Below are positions 1 to 10,700 of a stretch of DNA of 36,879 nucleotides, in pieces. A program made the position numbers and the translations under genes. The DNA lies in assembly GCF_004010195.1 (NCBI RefSeq), contig NC_057719.1:40833239-40870117 (forward strand), read 5' to 3'. The DNA is from Chiloscyllium plagiosum (Eukaryota). Position 1 is the stretch's first letter. Every line of letters begins with the position of its first letter. The notes under the pieces were generated by a model, which ran no database searches, was not told the origin of the DNA, and saw only the letters and a program-made list of their open reading frames with translations.

Positions 1-134
1 TGCTCTTGTATTCCTTCAACTCTGGTCCTTTACTCATTTCTCACTTTCCTCACCTACCATTGGTGGCTGAGTCCTTAGCCGACTGAGTCCCATATTTTGG
101 AAATCCCTCCTGAACAATTTCTTGCTTCTCCTCC
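1..134 (+). mobile_element. Old L2-type LINE 3' region fragment; its probable tail resumes at ~575-640
   Basis: ccattggtggctgagtccttagc...tggaaatccctcc resembles the L2 3' region. 575-640 (ttgggcattttattacattagtggcattacataaatgcaagttgctgttg) resembles the matching L2/SINE tail. Recognition is from memory. Confidence 0.45.
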
Positions 135-373
135 TTTTCACGCAGAGGGTGGTATGGATTGAGCTGCCAGAGGAAGTAGTGGAGACTGGTACAATTGCAT
201 CATTTAAAAGGCATCTGGATGGGTATATAAATAGGAAGGATTTAGAAGGATATGGGCCAAGTGCTGGCAAATGGGACTAGATTGGATTGGGATATATGGT
301 CAGCATGGATGAGTTGGACCAAAGGGTCTGTTTCCATGCTGTACATCTCTATGGCTCTAAGACTCTATGACTC
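135..373 (+). mobile_element. CR1/HER1-type LINE 3' end, 5'-truncated
   Basis: Near-identical to 3938-4174 and 13945-14165 in this window. Ends in the octamer tail ctctatggctctaagactctatgactc. Possible TSD ctccttt at 131-137 and 371-377. Confidence 0.85.
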
Positions 374-377
374 CTTT

Positions 378-545
378 GTCTATAAAAATCTGTTTAACTC
401 AACCTCGAATAAATGCAATGACCCAGCTGTTTTCTGGGAGAGAGAATTTCATGGGCTTATGACTAATATGGAAAAAAAATTCTCTTCATCTGTATTTTAA
501 AAGTGAGATTTCTGATCTTCAGAATTGTGTCACCTAGTTTCTCCT
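378..545 (-). mobile_element. Older CR1 3' ORF2 fragment
   Basis: Reverse complement reads aactaggtgacacaattctgaagatc...tttaaaatacagatgaagagaatttttttt...gaaattctctctcccagaa, the CR1 C-terminal TRGH...RNFF...WNSLP block, decayed. Confidence 0.6.
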
Positions 546-1139
546 ATAAGGGGTATTGTCATGTTCCCTCAGGATCTTGGGACACCCTTGGGCATTTTAT
601 TACATTAGTGGCATTACATAAATGCAAGTTGCTGTTGGAACCCCTTTCTGTTTATCAGTGCTCTTTCCAATAATATGAGTAACAACACAGACTTTCTTTC
701 CTCATGATTGATGAAGGTGATCTTTGAGATAACTGAAGACGTAGGATCTATCACCCAGGTCAGCTACCTTCAAATACTGAGTGCAGCATTTGAGGAGATT
801 ACACATGTTGACAGATGGCATTGCTCATTTGCACCCTTCTCCACAATAACCTGATGCTTTGCGCATTCCCTTAGCAGTCCCCCTATCTGTAACGTCAAGA
901 TTACTATGGTGCATATTTACTCATTTGGATTGTTCCAGGGATCAGCTGCAGAACTGGATCTCACAGCTTGTACCTTGTTATGCTATTGGGCAGGTCATGA
1001 ATGGCCTATTCCAGAAGACATGTGGCTACATCTATTTTGAGCCAGATAGATAAGTGCAGGCACAAAGGGTGTTATTGGGCTTTGCTGCTACTGATGGATT
1101 TCCTTGGATCGTGGTTGTCTTTATTGTGGCACCCTTTAA

Positions 1140-2090
1140 CTCAATTTCCTAGTTCACATTAGCCAAATCTGTGTTCATATTCTTGCAACTGCTTTCATTT
1201 AAGTTTAAAACACTATTCTTAAGTCAATAATTCTCACCTTCCAACAGAATGTGCAATTCAATCATGTTGTGACCACTGCTACCAAAAGATTCTTTTATTA
1301 TGAGGTTATTAATTTATCCTGCCACATTGCACCTGACCACGTCTTAAATTGCCTATTGTTTGATTGGCTCTGAACATGCTGCTCTGTGAAATTGTCCAGA
1401 AAGCACTCTATGAACTTAGCTTCTAGGCTGGCTTTGCCAATCTGATTTGTCTAGTCAGTATGTAGATTGAAATCATCCATGGTTTAATGCAGGACCTTTC
1501 TTACAATTCCCTTCATCTCTTCTGTTTTACATTGCAATTATACTGTTGAGGAATTTATAAACTACTTTCACAAGTGACTTCTTAGTATTGTTATTTCTTA
1601 TCTCTTACCAATCTGATTATACAACATAATCTTTAGAATTAAAGTCACATATCACTATTGTATTGGTATCATCCTAAATCAACGGATCTACCCACAACAT
1701 TTCCGAGCATTCTGCCCTTTCAAAATGCCAGCTATTCTTGAATATTCATAATCCAACCTTGGTCACCTTTTTAAGCACATTTCTGTAATGACTATCAGGC
1801 TCAGTTTGACATAAGCTGACAATTCATACATTTTATAATGAATGCTACACACATTCAAATATAGAGCCTTTAATTCTGTCTTTTTACTATATTTGCAAAT
1901 TCTGCTGTAATACTGGTAAGTTTCTATGCTCTGTCGCTTTCTGCCATGTCCTCTGGTTATCATTGCCGAAGATTACTAACTTGTCATTTCCCCTTAATTA
2001 ACCTCTGTCCTCACTTGATCCTTATTCCCACAATTTATTTTAAAGCCAATTCTTTGCTACTTTAGTTGTACAACTTGCCAACATTGGTTT
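1140..2090 (-). mobile_element. Decayed CR1: end of ORF1 plus ORF2 APE endonuclease domain
   Basis: The minus strand encodes LKALYLNVCSIHYKMYEL...IVITEMCL (LNARS...ITETWL motif, ORF track 1763-1963), MDDFNL (GDFN motif, ~1465-1480) and GSSGHNMIEL (SDH motif, ~1255-1285). Stops and frameshifts are present. Confidence 0.8.
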
Positions 2091-2396
2091 ATTGTGGTTC
2101 AGGACAGTGAAGGTTGTCTAAAACAGTAATAAAGAGGGGAAAACATATGTATGAGAGAAAGCTAGCTGGAAATATTTTTAAAAAGTAAGAGTTTTTATAG
2201 CTTTTTAAAAGGAAAAAAGTTAGCAAAGTGAACATTGGTGGTATAGAAAGTAATAATTGAAAATAAAGAAATGACAAATGAATTGAATAAGATATGCTCA
2301 TTGGTCTTCACAGTGGACATTGAAGGAACGTTCCTGACATAGCTGTAATCAGGAACTGGAAGGGAGGGAAGAAATCAAGAAAGTTAAAATAACTTG

Positions 2397-4174
2397 AAAG
2401 GAAAGGCTGGTAGGTATAGGGAATGCTGGATGACTAAAGAAATTGAGGGTTTGGTTAAGAAAAAGAAAGAAGGATATGTCAGGTATAGACAGGATAGATC
2501 GAGTGAATCCTCAGAAGAGTATAAAGAAAGTAGGAGTATACTTAAGAGGGAAATCAGGAGGGCAAAACGGGGGCATGAGATAGTTTGGCAAATAGAATTA
2601 AGGAGAATCCAAAGGGTTTTTACAACTATATTAAGGACAAAACGGTAACTAGGGAGAGAATAGGGCCCCTCAAAGGTCAGCAAGGCGGCCTTTGTGTGGA
2701 GCCACAGAAAATGGGGGAGAAACTAAATGAATATTTTGCATCAGTATTTACTGTGGAAAAGGACATGGAAGATATAGACTGTAGGGAAATAGATGGTGAC
2801 ATCTTGCAAAATGTCCAGATTACAGAGGAGGAAGTGTTGGATGTCTTGAAACAGTTAAAAGTGGATAAATCCCCAGAACATGATCAGGTGTGCCCGAGAA
2901 CTCTGTGGGAAGCTAGAGAAGTGATTGCTGAACCTCTTGCTGAGATATTTGTATCATCGATAGTCACAGGTGAGGTGCCGGAAGACTGCAGGTTGGCAAA
3001 CGTGGTGCCACTGTTTAAGAAGGGCGGTAAAGACAAGCCAGGGAACTATAGATCGGAGAGCCTGACCTCGGTGGTGGGCAAGTTGTTGGAAGGAATCCTG
3101 AGGGACAGGACATACATGTATTTGGAAAGGCAAGGACTGATTAGCGATAGTCAACATGGCCTTGTGCGTGGGAAATCATGTCTCACAAACTTGATTGAGT
3201 TTTTTGAAGAAGTAACAAAGAAGATTGATGAGGGCAGAGCAGTAGATGTGTTCTATATGGACTTCAATAAGGCATTCGACAAGGTTCCCCATGGGAGACT
3301 GATTAGCAAGGTTAGATCTCATGGAATACAGGGAGAACTAGCCATTTGGATACAGAACTGGTTCAAAGGTAGAAGACAGAGGACTGCTTTTCAGACTGGA
3401 GGCCTGTAACTGGTGGTGTGCCACAAAAATTGGTGCTGGATCCTCTACTTTTTGTCATTTATATAAATGANNNNNNNNNNNNNNNNNNNNNNNNNNNNNN
3501 NNNNNNNNNNNNNNNNNNNNNNNNNNNNNNNNNNNNNNNNNNNNNNNNNNNNNNNNNNNNNNNNNNNNNNNNNNNNNNNNNNNNNNNNNNNNNNNNNNNN
3601 NNNNNNNNNNNNNNNNNNNNNNNNNNNNNNNNNNNNNNNNNNNNCGTGCAATTCTGGTCTCCTTCCTATCGGAAAGATGTTGTGAAATTGAAAGAGTTCA
3701 GAAAAGATTTATAAGGATGTTGCCAGGGTTGGAGGATCTGAGCTACAGGGAGAGGCTGAACAGGCTGGGGCTGTTTTCCCTGGCGCGTTGGAGGCTGATG
3801 GTGACCTTATAGAGGTTTACAAAATTATGAGAGGCATAGATAGGATAAATAGGCAAAGTCTTTTCCCTGGGGTCGTGGAGTCCAGAACTAGAGGGCATAG
3901 GTTTAGGGTGAGATGGGAAAGATATAAAAGGGCAATGTTTTCACGCAGAGGGTGGTACGTGTGTGGAATGAGCTGCCAGAGGATGTGGTGGAGGCTGGTG
4001 CAATTGCAATATTTAAGAGGCATTTGGATGGGTATATGAATAGGAAGGGTTTGGAGGAATATGGGCCGGGTGCTGGCAGGTGGGATTAGATTGGATTGGG
4101 ATATCTGGTCGGCATGGATGGGTTGGACCGAAGGGTCTGTTTTCATGCTGTACATCTCTATGACTCTGTGACTC
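2397..4174 (+). mobile_element. Younger 5'-truncated CR1 LINE (RT pseudogene) with 7-bp TSD
   Basis: ORF 2585-3409 has KSP..D, PGNYR..SLTS, KSCLTNLIEFFE and YMDFNKAFDKVPH. Tail is ctctatgactctgtgactc. TSD taacttg at 2390-2396 and 4175-4181. Contains frameshifts, deletions and an N gap. Confidence 0.92.
3471..3644. other. Assembly gap (174 N)
   Basis: Run of N. Confidence 1.
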
Positions 4175-5963
4175 TAACTTGGTTCATGGTACTGCTCAAA
4201 TTTTGAAGCTTTTGGCTGAAAGGTCCCTGAAACCTGTTAGACTTCATTCTCTGGTTTTAAAAGAAGTGGCTAGTGAGATAAATTGTTCATTGGTTTAAAT
4301 TTCCAAAATTCCCTTGTTTCAAGTGAACATTGGATTGGAAGATAATGATTGTAACTCCTTTCTTCAAAAGGGTGGGGAGAAAGAAAGGAGGAAATTATAG
4401 ACTTGTTAGCTTAATATCCATCATGGAGGAGATATTAGGAACTATCAATAAAGATATTATAGCAGGACATATTGAAAAAAGGTAAATAAACAGAGCCAAC
4501 ATGTTACTGTGAAACAGGAATCATATTTGACCATTCGGTTGGAGTACTTTTCAGAGAGTAGCATGGTGTTATGGAACAGGGGAATGGGTAGATGTACTCC
4601 ATTTATATTTCCAGACAGTGTTTAACAACATGCCATATCAAAGTTTATTACGGAAAATAAAAGCTTGTGATGTAGGAAATAACAGTAAGTAAATTGGCAC
4701 AAATATAAGATTAGCTAGGTAACAGGAATGGAAAGCCTTAAATGAGTCATTTTCTGATGTAGTGAGTGATGTACCACATTGATCAGTGTTGTGTCCTCAA
4801 CATTTTGCAATTATGTAAATACGTTTGATGCAGGGACAAAAAGTATGGCAGCAGAGATTGCTGATGACACAAAAATAGGTAGGAACATAAGTTCTAAAGA
4901 GGACAAAAGGAGGCTGCAGATGGATATGGATAGGTTAAGTGATTGGCCAAAGATGTGGTCAATGACGTGCAGTGTGAGAAAATGTAAAATTATCCATTTT
5001 GGCAGGAAAAATTTTAAAAAGTATAACGTAAATAATAAAGATTTGCAGAACTTTGAGATGCAGAAGGATCTGGGTTTTCTGGTGCATGAAATTCCAAAAG
5101 ATTGTTAAGCAGGTACAATAAGTAACAAGAAAAGGTAATAGAATGTAATTAATGGAAAGGAATAGGTATGTACTCCAGGGCAAGAGTTATAGTTGGGGAA
5201 AAGTCAATTGTGATGCAATTAGGCAAGATTCAGGATGCATAGGATGGGGAAAGAAACTGCAGGGTATGGGCACAATTAAAATGTGGAGCTTATTCAAGGA
5301 ACAGCTATTGCGTGTTCTTGATAAATATGTATCATTCAGGCAGGGAAGACATTGTCGAGTGAGGGAGCTATGCTTTACTAAAGGAGTTGAAGCTCTTCTC
5401 AAGAGGAAAAAGAAGGCTTACGTTAGGATGAGATGTGAAGGCTCAGTTAAGCTGCTTGAAAGTTACAAGTTAGCCAGGAAAGACCTACAGAGAGAGCTAA
5501 GAAGAGGCAGGATGGTCTTCAGAAATCTTTGGCAGATAGTATCAAGGAAAACCCTAAGGCTTTCTATAGGTATATCAGGAATAAAAGAATGACTAGAGTA
5601 AGATTAGGGCCAATCAAGGATAGTAGTAGGAAGTTGTGAGTTGAGTCAGACGAGATAGGGGATGCACTAAATGAATATTTTTCGTCAGTATTCACACTGG
5701 AAAAAGATGAGGTTATCAAAGAGAATACTGGGATATGTGCTACTAGAATAGATGGGATTGAGGTGCAAAACAGGAAGTGTTAGCAATTCTGGAAAGTGTG
5801 AAAATAGATAAGTCCCCTGAGCCAGATGGGATTTATCCTAGGATTCTCTGGGAAGCCAGGGAGAAGATTGCAGAGCTTTTGACATCATTCAAAGTTTGTG
5901 CGAAGATTTGTAGCTCGGGTGCTCGTTGTTGTGGTTGTGTTCGCCGAGCTAGAAGTTTTTGTT

Positions 5964-6003
5964 GCAAACGTTTCGTCCCCTGGCTAGGCGACATCATCAG
6001 TGC
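5964..6003 (-). ncRNA. Minimal hammerhead ribozyme motif, core intact
   Basis: Reverse complement: GCA-CUGAUGA-U-GUC(G)CCU-AGCC-AGG(G)GAC-GAAAC-GUU-UGC. Stem I is GCA/UGC, stem II has 6 bp, stem III is the palindromic AAACGUUU, and the predicted cleavage triplet is GUU. Confidence 0.8.
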
Positions 6004-6461
6004 TTGGGAGCCTCCTGCAAAGCGCTTCTTTGATGTTTCCTCCGGTGTTTATAGTGGTCTGTCCCTGCCACTTCCGGTTGTCAGTTTCAGCTGTCCGCTG
6101 TAGTGGTTGATATATTGGGTCCAGGTCGATGTGTTTGTTGATGGAGTTTGTGGATGAACTCTCAGGGGAATGTAGCATGAGCAGCCAAGTTTCTGGTACC
6201 GAGACTGACTCTAATGAAACAAGGGGTATGTTGTGGTTCTGTTCGCCGAGCTGGAAGTTTTTGTTGCAAACGTTTCGTCCCCTGGCTAGGCGACAGCATC
6301 AGTGCTTGGGAGCCTCCTGCGAAGCACTTCTTTGATGTTTCCTCCGGTATTTATAGTGGTCTGTCCCTGCCGCTTCCGGCAACCGGAAACTGACAACCGG
6401 AAGCGGGAGGGACAGACCACTATAAACACCGGAGGAAACAACAAAGAAGCGCTTCGCAGGA

Positions 6462-7436
6462 NNNNNNNNNNNNNNNNNNNNNNNNNNNNNNNNNNNNNNN
6501 NNNNNNNNNNNNNNNNNNNNNNNNNNNNNNNNNNNNNNNNNNNNNNNNNNNNNNNNNNNNNNNNNNNNNNNNNNNNNNNNNNNNNNNNNNNNNNNNNNNN
6601 NNNNNNNNNNNNNNNNNNNNNNNNNNNNNNNNNNNNNNNNNNNNNNNNNNNNNNNNNNNNNNNNNNNNNNNNNNNNNNNNNNNNNNNNNNNNNNNNNNNN
6701 NNNNNNNNNNNNNNNNNNNNNNNNNNNNNNNNNNNNNNNNNNNNNNNNNNNNNNNNNNNNNNNNNNNNNNNNNNNNNNNNNNNNNNNNNNNNNNNNNNNN
6801 NNNNNNNNNNNNNNNNNNNNNNNNNNNNNNNNNNNNNNNNNNNNNNNNNNNNNNNNNNNNNNNNNNNNNNNNNNNNNNNNNNNNNNNNNNNNNNNNNNNN
6901 NNNNNNNNNNNNNNNNNNNNNNNNNNNNNNNNNNNNNNNNNNNNNNNNNNNNNNNNNNNNNNNNNNNNNNNNNNNNNNNNNNNNNNNNNNNNNNNNNNNN
7001 NNNNNNNNNNNNNNNNNNNNNNNNNNNNNNNNNNNNNNNNNNNNNNNNNNNNNNNNNNNNNNNNNNNNNNNNNNNNNNNNNNNNNNNNNNNNNNNNNNNN
7101 NNNNNNNNNNNNNNNNNNNNNNNNNNNNNNNNNNNNNNNNNNNNNNNNNNNNNNNNNNNNNNNNNNNNNNNNNNNNNNNNNNNNNNNNNNNNNNNNNNNN
7201 NNNNNNNNNNNNNNNNNNNNNNNNNNNNNNNNNNNNNNNNNNNNNNNNNNNNNNNNNNNNNNNNNNNNNNNNNNNNNNNNNNNNNNNNNNNNNNNNNNNN
7301 NNNNNNNNNNNNNNNNNNNNNNNNNNNNNNNNNNNNNNNNNNNNNNNNNNNNNNNNNNNNNNNNNNNNNNNNNNNNNNNNNNNNNNNNNNNNNNNNNNNN
7401 NNNNNNNNNNNNNNNNNNNNNNNNNNNNNNNNNNNN
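6462..7436. other. Assembly gap (975 N) inside the PLE
   Basis: Run of N. Confidence 1.
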
Positions 7437-7437
7437 C

Positions 7438-7680
7438 TGGGACAACACCACCATTATAGGGCAAGCCAGACAGAGAACAGCCAGGGAATTCCTAGAGGCA
7501 TGGCATTCATCCACAAACTCCATCAACAAACACATCGACTTGGACCCAATATACCAACCACTACAGCGGACAGCTGAAACTGACAACCGGAAGCGGCAGG
7601 GACAGACCACTATAAACACCGGAGGAAACATCAAAGAAGTGCTTCGCAGGAAGCTCCCAAGCACTGATGACCTCGCCTAG
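7438..7680 (+). pseudogene. C-terminal part of PLE ORF (GIY-YIG endonuclease end), open to its stop codon; 5' part lies in the gap
   Basis: Translates WDNTTIIGQARQRTAREFLEAWHSSTNSINKHIDLDPIYQPL...LPSTDDLA*. The R-x-x-L-E-A...IN pattern is the C-terminal GIY-YIG signature of Penelope/Poseidon elements. Confidence 0.82.
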
Positions 7681-7700
7681 CCAGGGGACGAAACGTTTGC
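7661..7700 (+). ncRNA. Hammerhead motif with the stem II closing pair lost
   Basis: GCA-CUGAUGA-C-CUC(G)CCU-AGCC-AGG(G)GAC-GAAAC-GUU-UGC. The G-C closing pair seen in the 5964 copy is C.C here. Confidence 0.7.
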
Positions 7701-10700
7701 AACAAAAACTTTTGACATCATTGTCTACAGGAATAATGCCAGAAGATTGGAAGGTAGCAAATGTTTTCCTCTTATTGAAGAAAGGGAGTAGAGACAACCC
7801 TGGTAATATAGACCAGTGAGCCTTACTTTGCTTGTGGATTAAGTGTTGGAAAAGGTTATAAGAGATAGAATTTATAATCATCTAGAAAGGAATAAGTTGA
7901 TTAGTGATAGTCAACACAGTTTTGTGAAGGGTAGGTTGTGCCTCACAAACATTATTGAGTTCTTTGAGAAGGTGACCACACAGGTAGATGAGGGTAAAGC
8001 AGTTGATGTAGTGTATATGGATTTCAGTAAGGTGTTTGATAAGCTTCCCCACGGTAGGCTATTGCCCAAAATATGGAGGCATGAGATTGAGGGTGATTTA
8101 ATGGTTTGGATGAGAAATTGGCTATCTAAACGAAGACAAAGGGTGGTGGTTGATTGGAAATGTTCATCCTGGAGTTCAGTTACTAGTGGTGTACAGTAAG
8201 GATCTGTTTTGGGACCACAGCTGTTTGTCATTTTTATAAATGACCTGGATGAAGGCGTAGAAGGATGGGTTAGTAAATTTGTGGATGACACTAAGGTTGG
8301 TAGAATTGTGAACAGTGCTGAAGGATGTTGTGGGTTACAGAGGAACATAGATAAGCTGCAGACTGGGCTGAGAAGTGGCAAATGGAGTTTCAGAGCCATG
8401 AGATCATGTGCAAAACTCTGGTGTGGCCGCATTTGGAGTATTACATATAATTCTGGTCACCACATTATAGGAAGGATGTGGAAGCTTTGGAAAGGGTTCA
8501 GAGGAGATTTACTAGGATGTTGCCTGGTATAGAGGGAAGGTCTTATGAGGAAAGGCTAAGAGACTTGAGGCTGTTTTTGTTGGAGAGAAGAATGTTGAGA
8601 GGACTTAATTGAGACATATAAGATAATCTGAGGTTAGATAGGGTAGACAGTGAGAGCCTTTTTCCTTGGATGGTGATAGCTAGCATGAGGGGACATAGCT
8701 TTAAATTGAGGGGTGATACATATAGGACAGATGTCAGAGGTAGGATCTTTACTCAGAGAATAGTAGGGGCATGGAATGGCCTGCCTGCAACAGTAGTAGA
8801 CTCATCAACTTTAAGGACATTTAAATGGTCATTGGATAGACATATGGATGAAAATGAAATAGTGTAGGTTAATCTCAGAAGCCAGTGCATCATCGAGGGC
8901 CAAAGGGCCTGTACTGTGCTGTAATGTTCTATGTTCTAATGTTATCATTTATTTGCTAGGTATTGAATACAAACATAGGGAGCTTTTTTTTGTAGTTATG
9001 CTGTACATTGGTGAGACTATATCTGGTGTAGTGTGTGCAGCAATAGCTTCCTTATTAAAGGAAGGATGTAAATTCCCTGGAGCAGTTTATCCGACTAATA
9101 CCTAATTATGTCATGTGATGAAAGCTTAAACAGACTATGGTTATATCAATTGCAGTTTAGCAGAGTGAGGGGCATTTTGATTGAAACATATAAAGCCTGA
9201 AATGGTCTTTCAGGTTGATGCAGAAAGTACATTTCTACTTGTGGAAGAATCTAGAACTAGCGGTCTTTGTTTAAAAATATGGGGTCACCACAGATGAGGG
9301 CTACTTTTTCTCACAGATTACTTAAAGTCTTTGGAACTGTCTTTTATAAGGCAGTGGAAGCCCAGTCTTTGACTATCTTTAAGTCAGAATGGATAAGTTC
9401 TTGACAGGCAATCTTATCGGAAGATTTATTGACGGTAGGTGAGAATGTGATGTAATCACATCAGTCATTGAATGGCAGAACAGGCTAAAGCGACCAAATG
9501 GTCTACTGCTATTCTTAATTCAAATGTTCATATGTATGCTTTCAGATGCAGTGAACTGGGTCATCCCCATTCTGGAGTTCCTTCATAACAGACCAGCTAA
9601 TAACACCTTGGTTGACAGTTTGTCCAATTTTAGTAAAATACCCAGCTCTTCAGTGTCTCTGTGCTATCCATGCAATCTTCCAGGTTTTTGACATTATTAG
9701 ACCATTTGCACAATGCTTCCTTGAGTTCTTCATTGTGTGCTGATTAACTTCTGCCTGCAGTTCTTATTTCAGGCAGCCAAACAGCTTCCACAGGTCAACT
9801 TCCTTGCTGGAAATGCTTCCAACTTGGTTGGTCAGGTCCCATGAATCAATATTTCTTGTTATTTAGGCAAGTCACAATGGTCACTTTACAATCATTGCAA
9901 ACTCTTAAAAGTCATTTTGAAACATTCTGAAAAACAGTTATAGATTCCATAGATTTTAGAAAATTACATTGTTTTCAGGCTGTACTGCTTTAAGATCAAA
10001 GGTCATCACAGATGTTTAACCATGCTTTACATTCCGATGGTGTTCTTTTTATAAAGTGGGTAACTGTTCATAGTTTTATGCAGTGTTCAGACAATTTTTA
10101 CATGAAGAACTTTCAAAGAAATTAAAAGACCTATGAAGTTCACGAATGAAGAAAATGTTCAGATGTGAAAAACTTGCCCTTTTATTCAGATATATCACTG
10201 AGATGAAATACAGTAGCTGCATACCATTATGTAGTCAATTTAAATTTGTGGCATAGTGATGAATTTGAGTGTATCTTGTAGAAGGATTATTGATTCATAT
10301 TTGTTAGATTCAGGTTGTTATTTATAACGTTGTCAAGTGTTATTTCATCCATTCATTCTTGTTCCCCTTGTTGAAATTTGATTTTGTTTGCTTGTGACAG
10401 CAGCAATGCGAAATGTGGTTTTGTAGTTGACTTTGAGTGTCAAAAATAGTCTCAGGAGAAAGTGGTATCCCACACATGTTATTACACTGTTCCTTAGGCA
10501 AACCTGTTGTGTAATCTTTCATTGTAAACACACAGTAGACAACACAAGACATCTGAAGTTGAAAAAGTCGAGGTTTAAAAATTTGTATTTGTCATTGGGT
10601 CCAATCTTCTGTTCAACTAAAACAATATTTCAGGCCACCAGTTGTAGTAAATTACTGAGACACTTAGGCTTGGACCTTTCTGTGAATTTCTCATAAATTC

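Larger units (their letters stand above)
5890..7708. mobile_element. Penelope-like element (Poseidon/Penelope-type) with inverted pseudo-LTRs
   Basis: Minus-strand repeats at 5890-6158 and 6228-6379; plus-strand repeats at 6381-6461 and 7437-7708. GIY-YIG C-terminus and hammerhead motifs are present. 14-bp TSD cttttgacatcatt at 5876-5889 and 7709-7722. Confidence 0.88.
5147..8937 (+). mobile_element. Second-family 5'-truncated CR1 LINE (RT pseudogene), interrupted by a PLE at 5890-7708
   Basis: IDKSPEPDGIYPRILWEARE (~5805-5865) resumes after 7709 with YMDFSKVFDKLPH, GPQLFVIFINDLD and SKFVDDTKVG. The tail is a different repeat, gtaatgttctatgttct. Short TSD aatgt at 5142-5146 and 8938-8942. 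Confidence 0.9.
2100..9540 (+). mobile_element. Old CR1 ORF2 and 3' end split into three pieces (2100-2396, 4175-5146, 8938-9540) by younger insertions
   Basis: The pieces are colinear: linker (YERKLAGNI), then GNYRLVSL ~4390, ADDTKIG 4860-4880, QKDLG ~5060, then the C-terminal block and a 3' end at ~9470-9540. Heavily mutated. Confidence 0.8.

Noticed and set aside
2585..3409. 274-aa RT ORF as a functional gene
   Set aside because: It is a 5'-truncated CR1 copy with frameshifts on both sides and a deletion before the catalytic DD motif.
6286..7664. Three 385-414 aa ORFs in the ORF track
   Set aside because: They are artefacts of translating through the 975-N gap.
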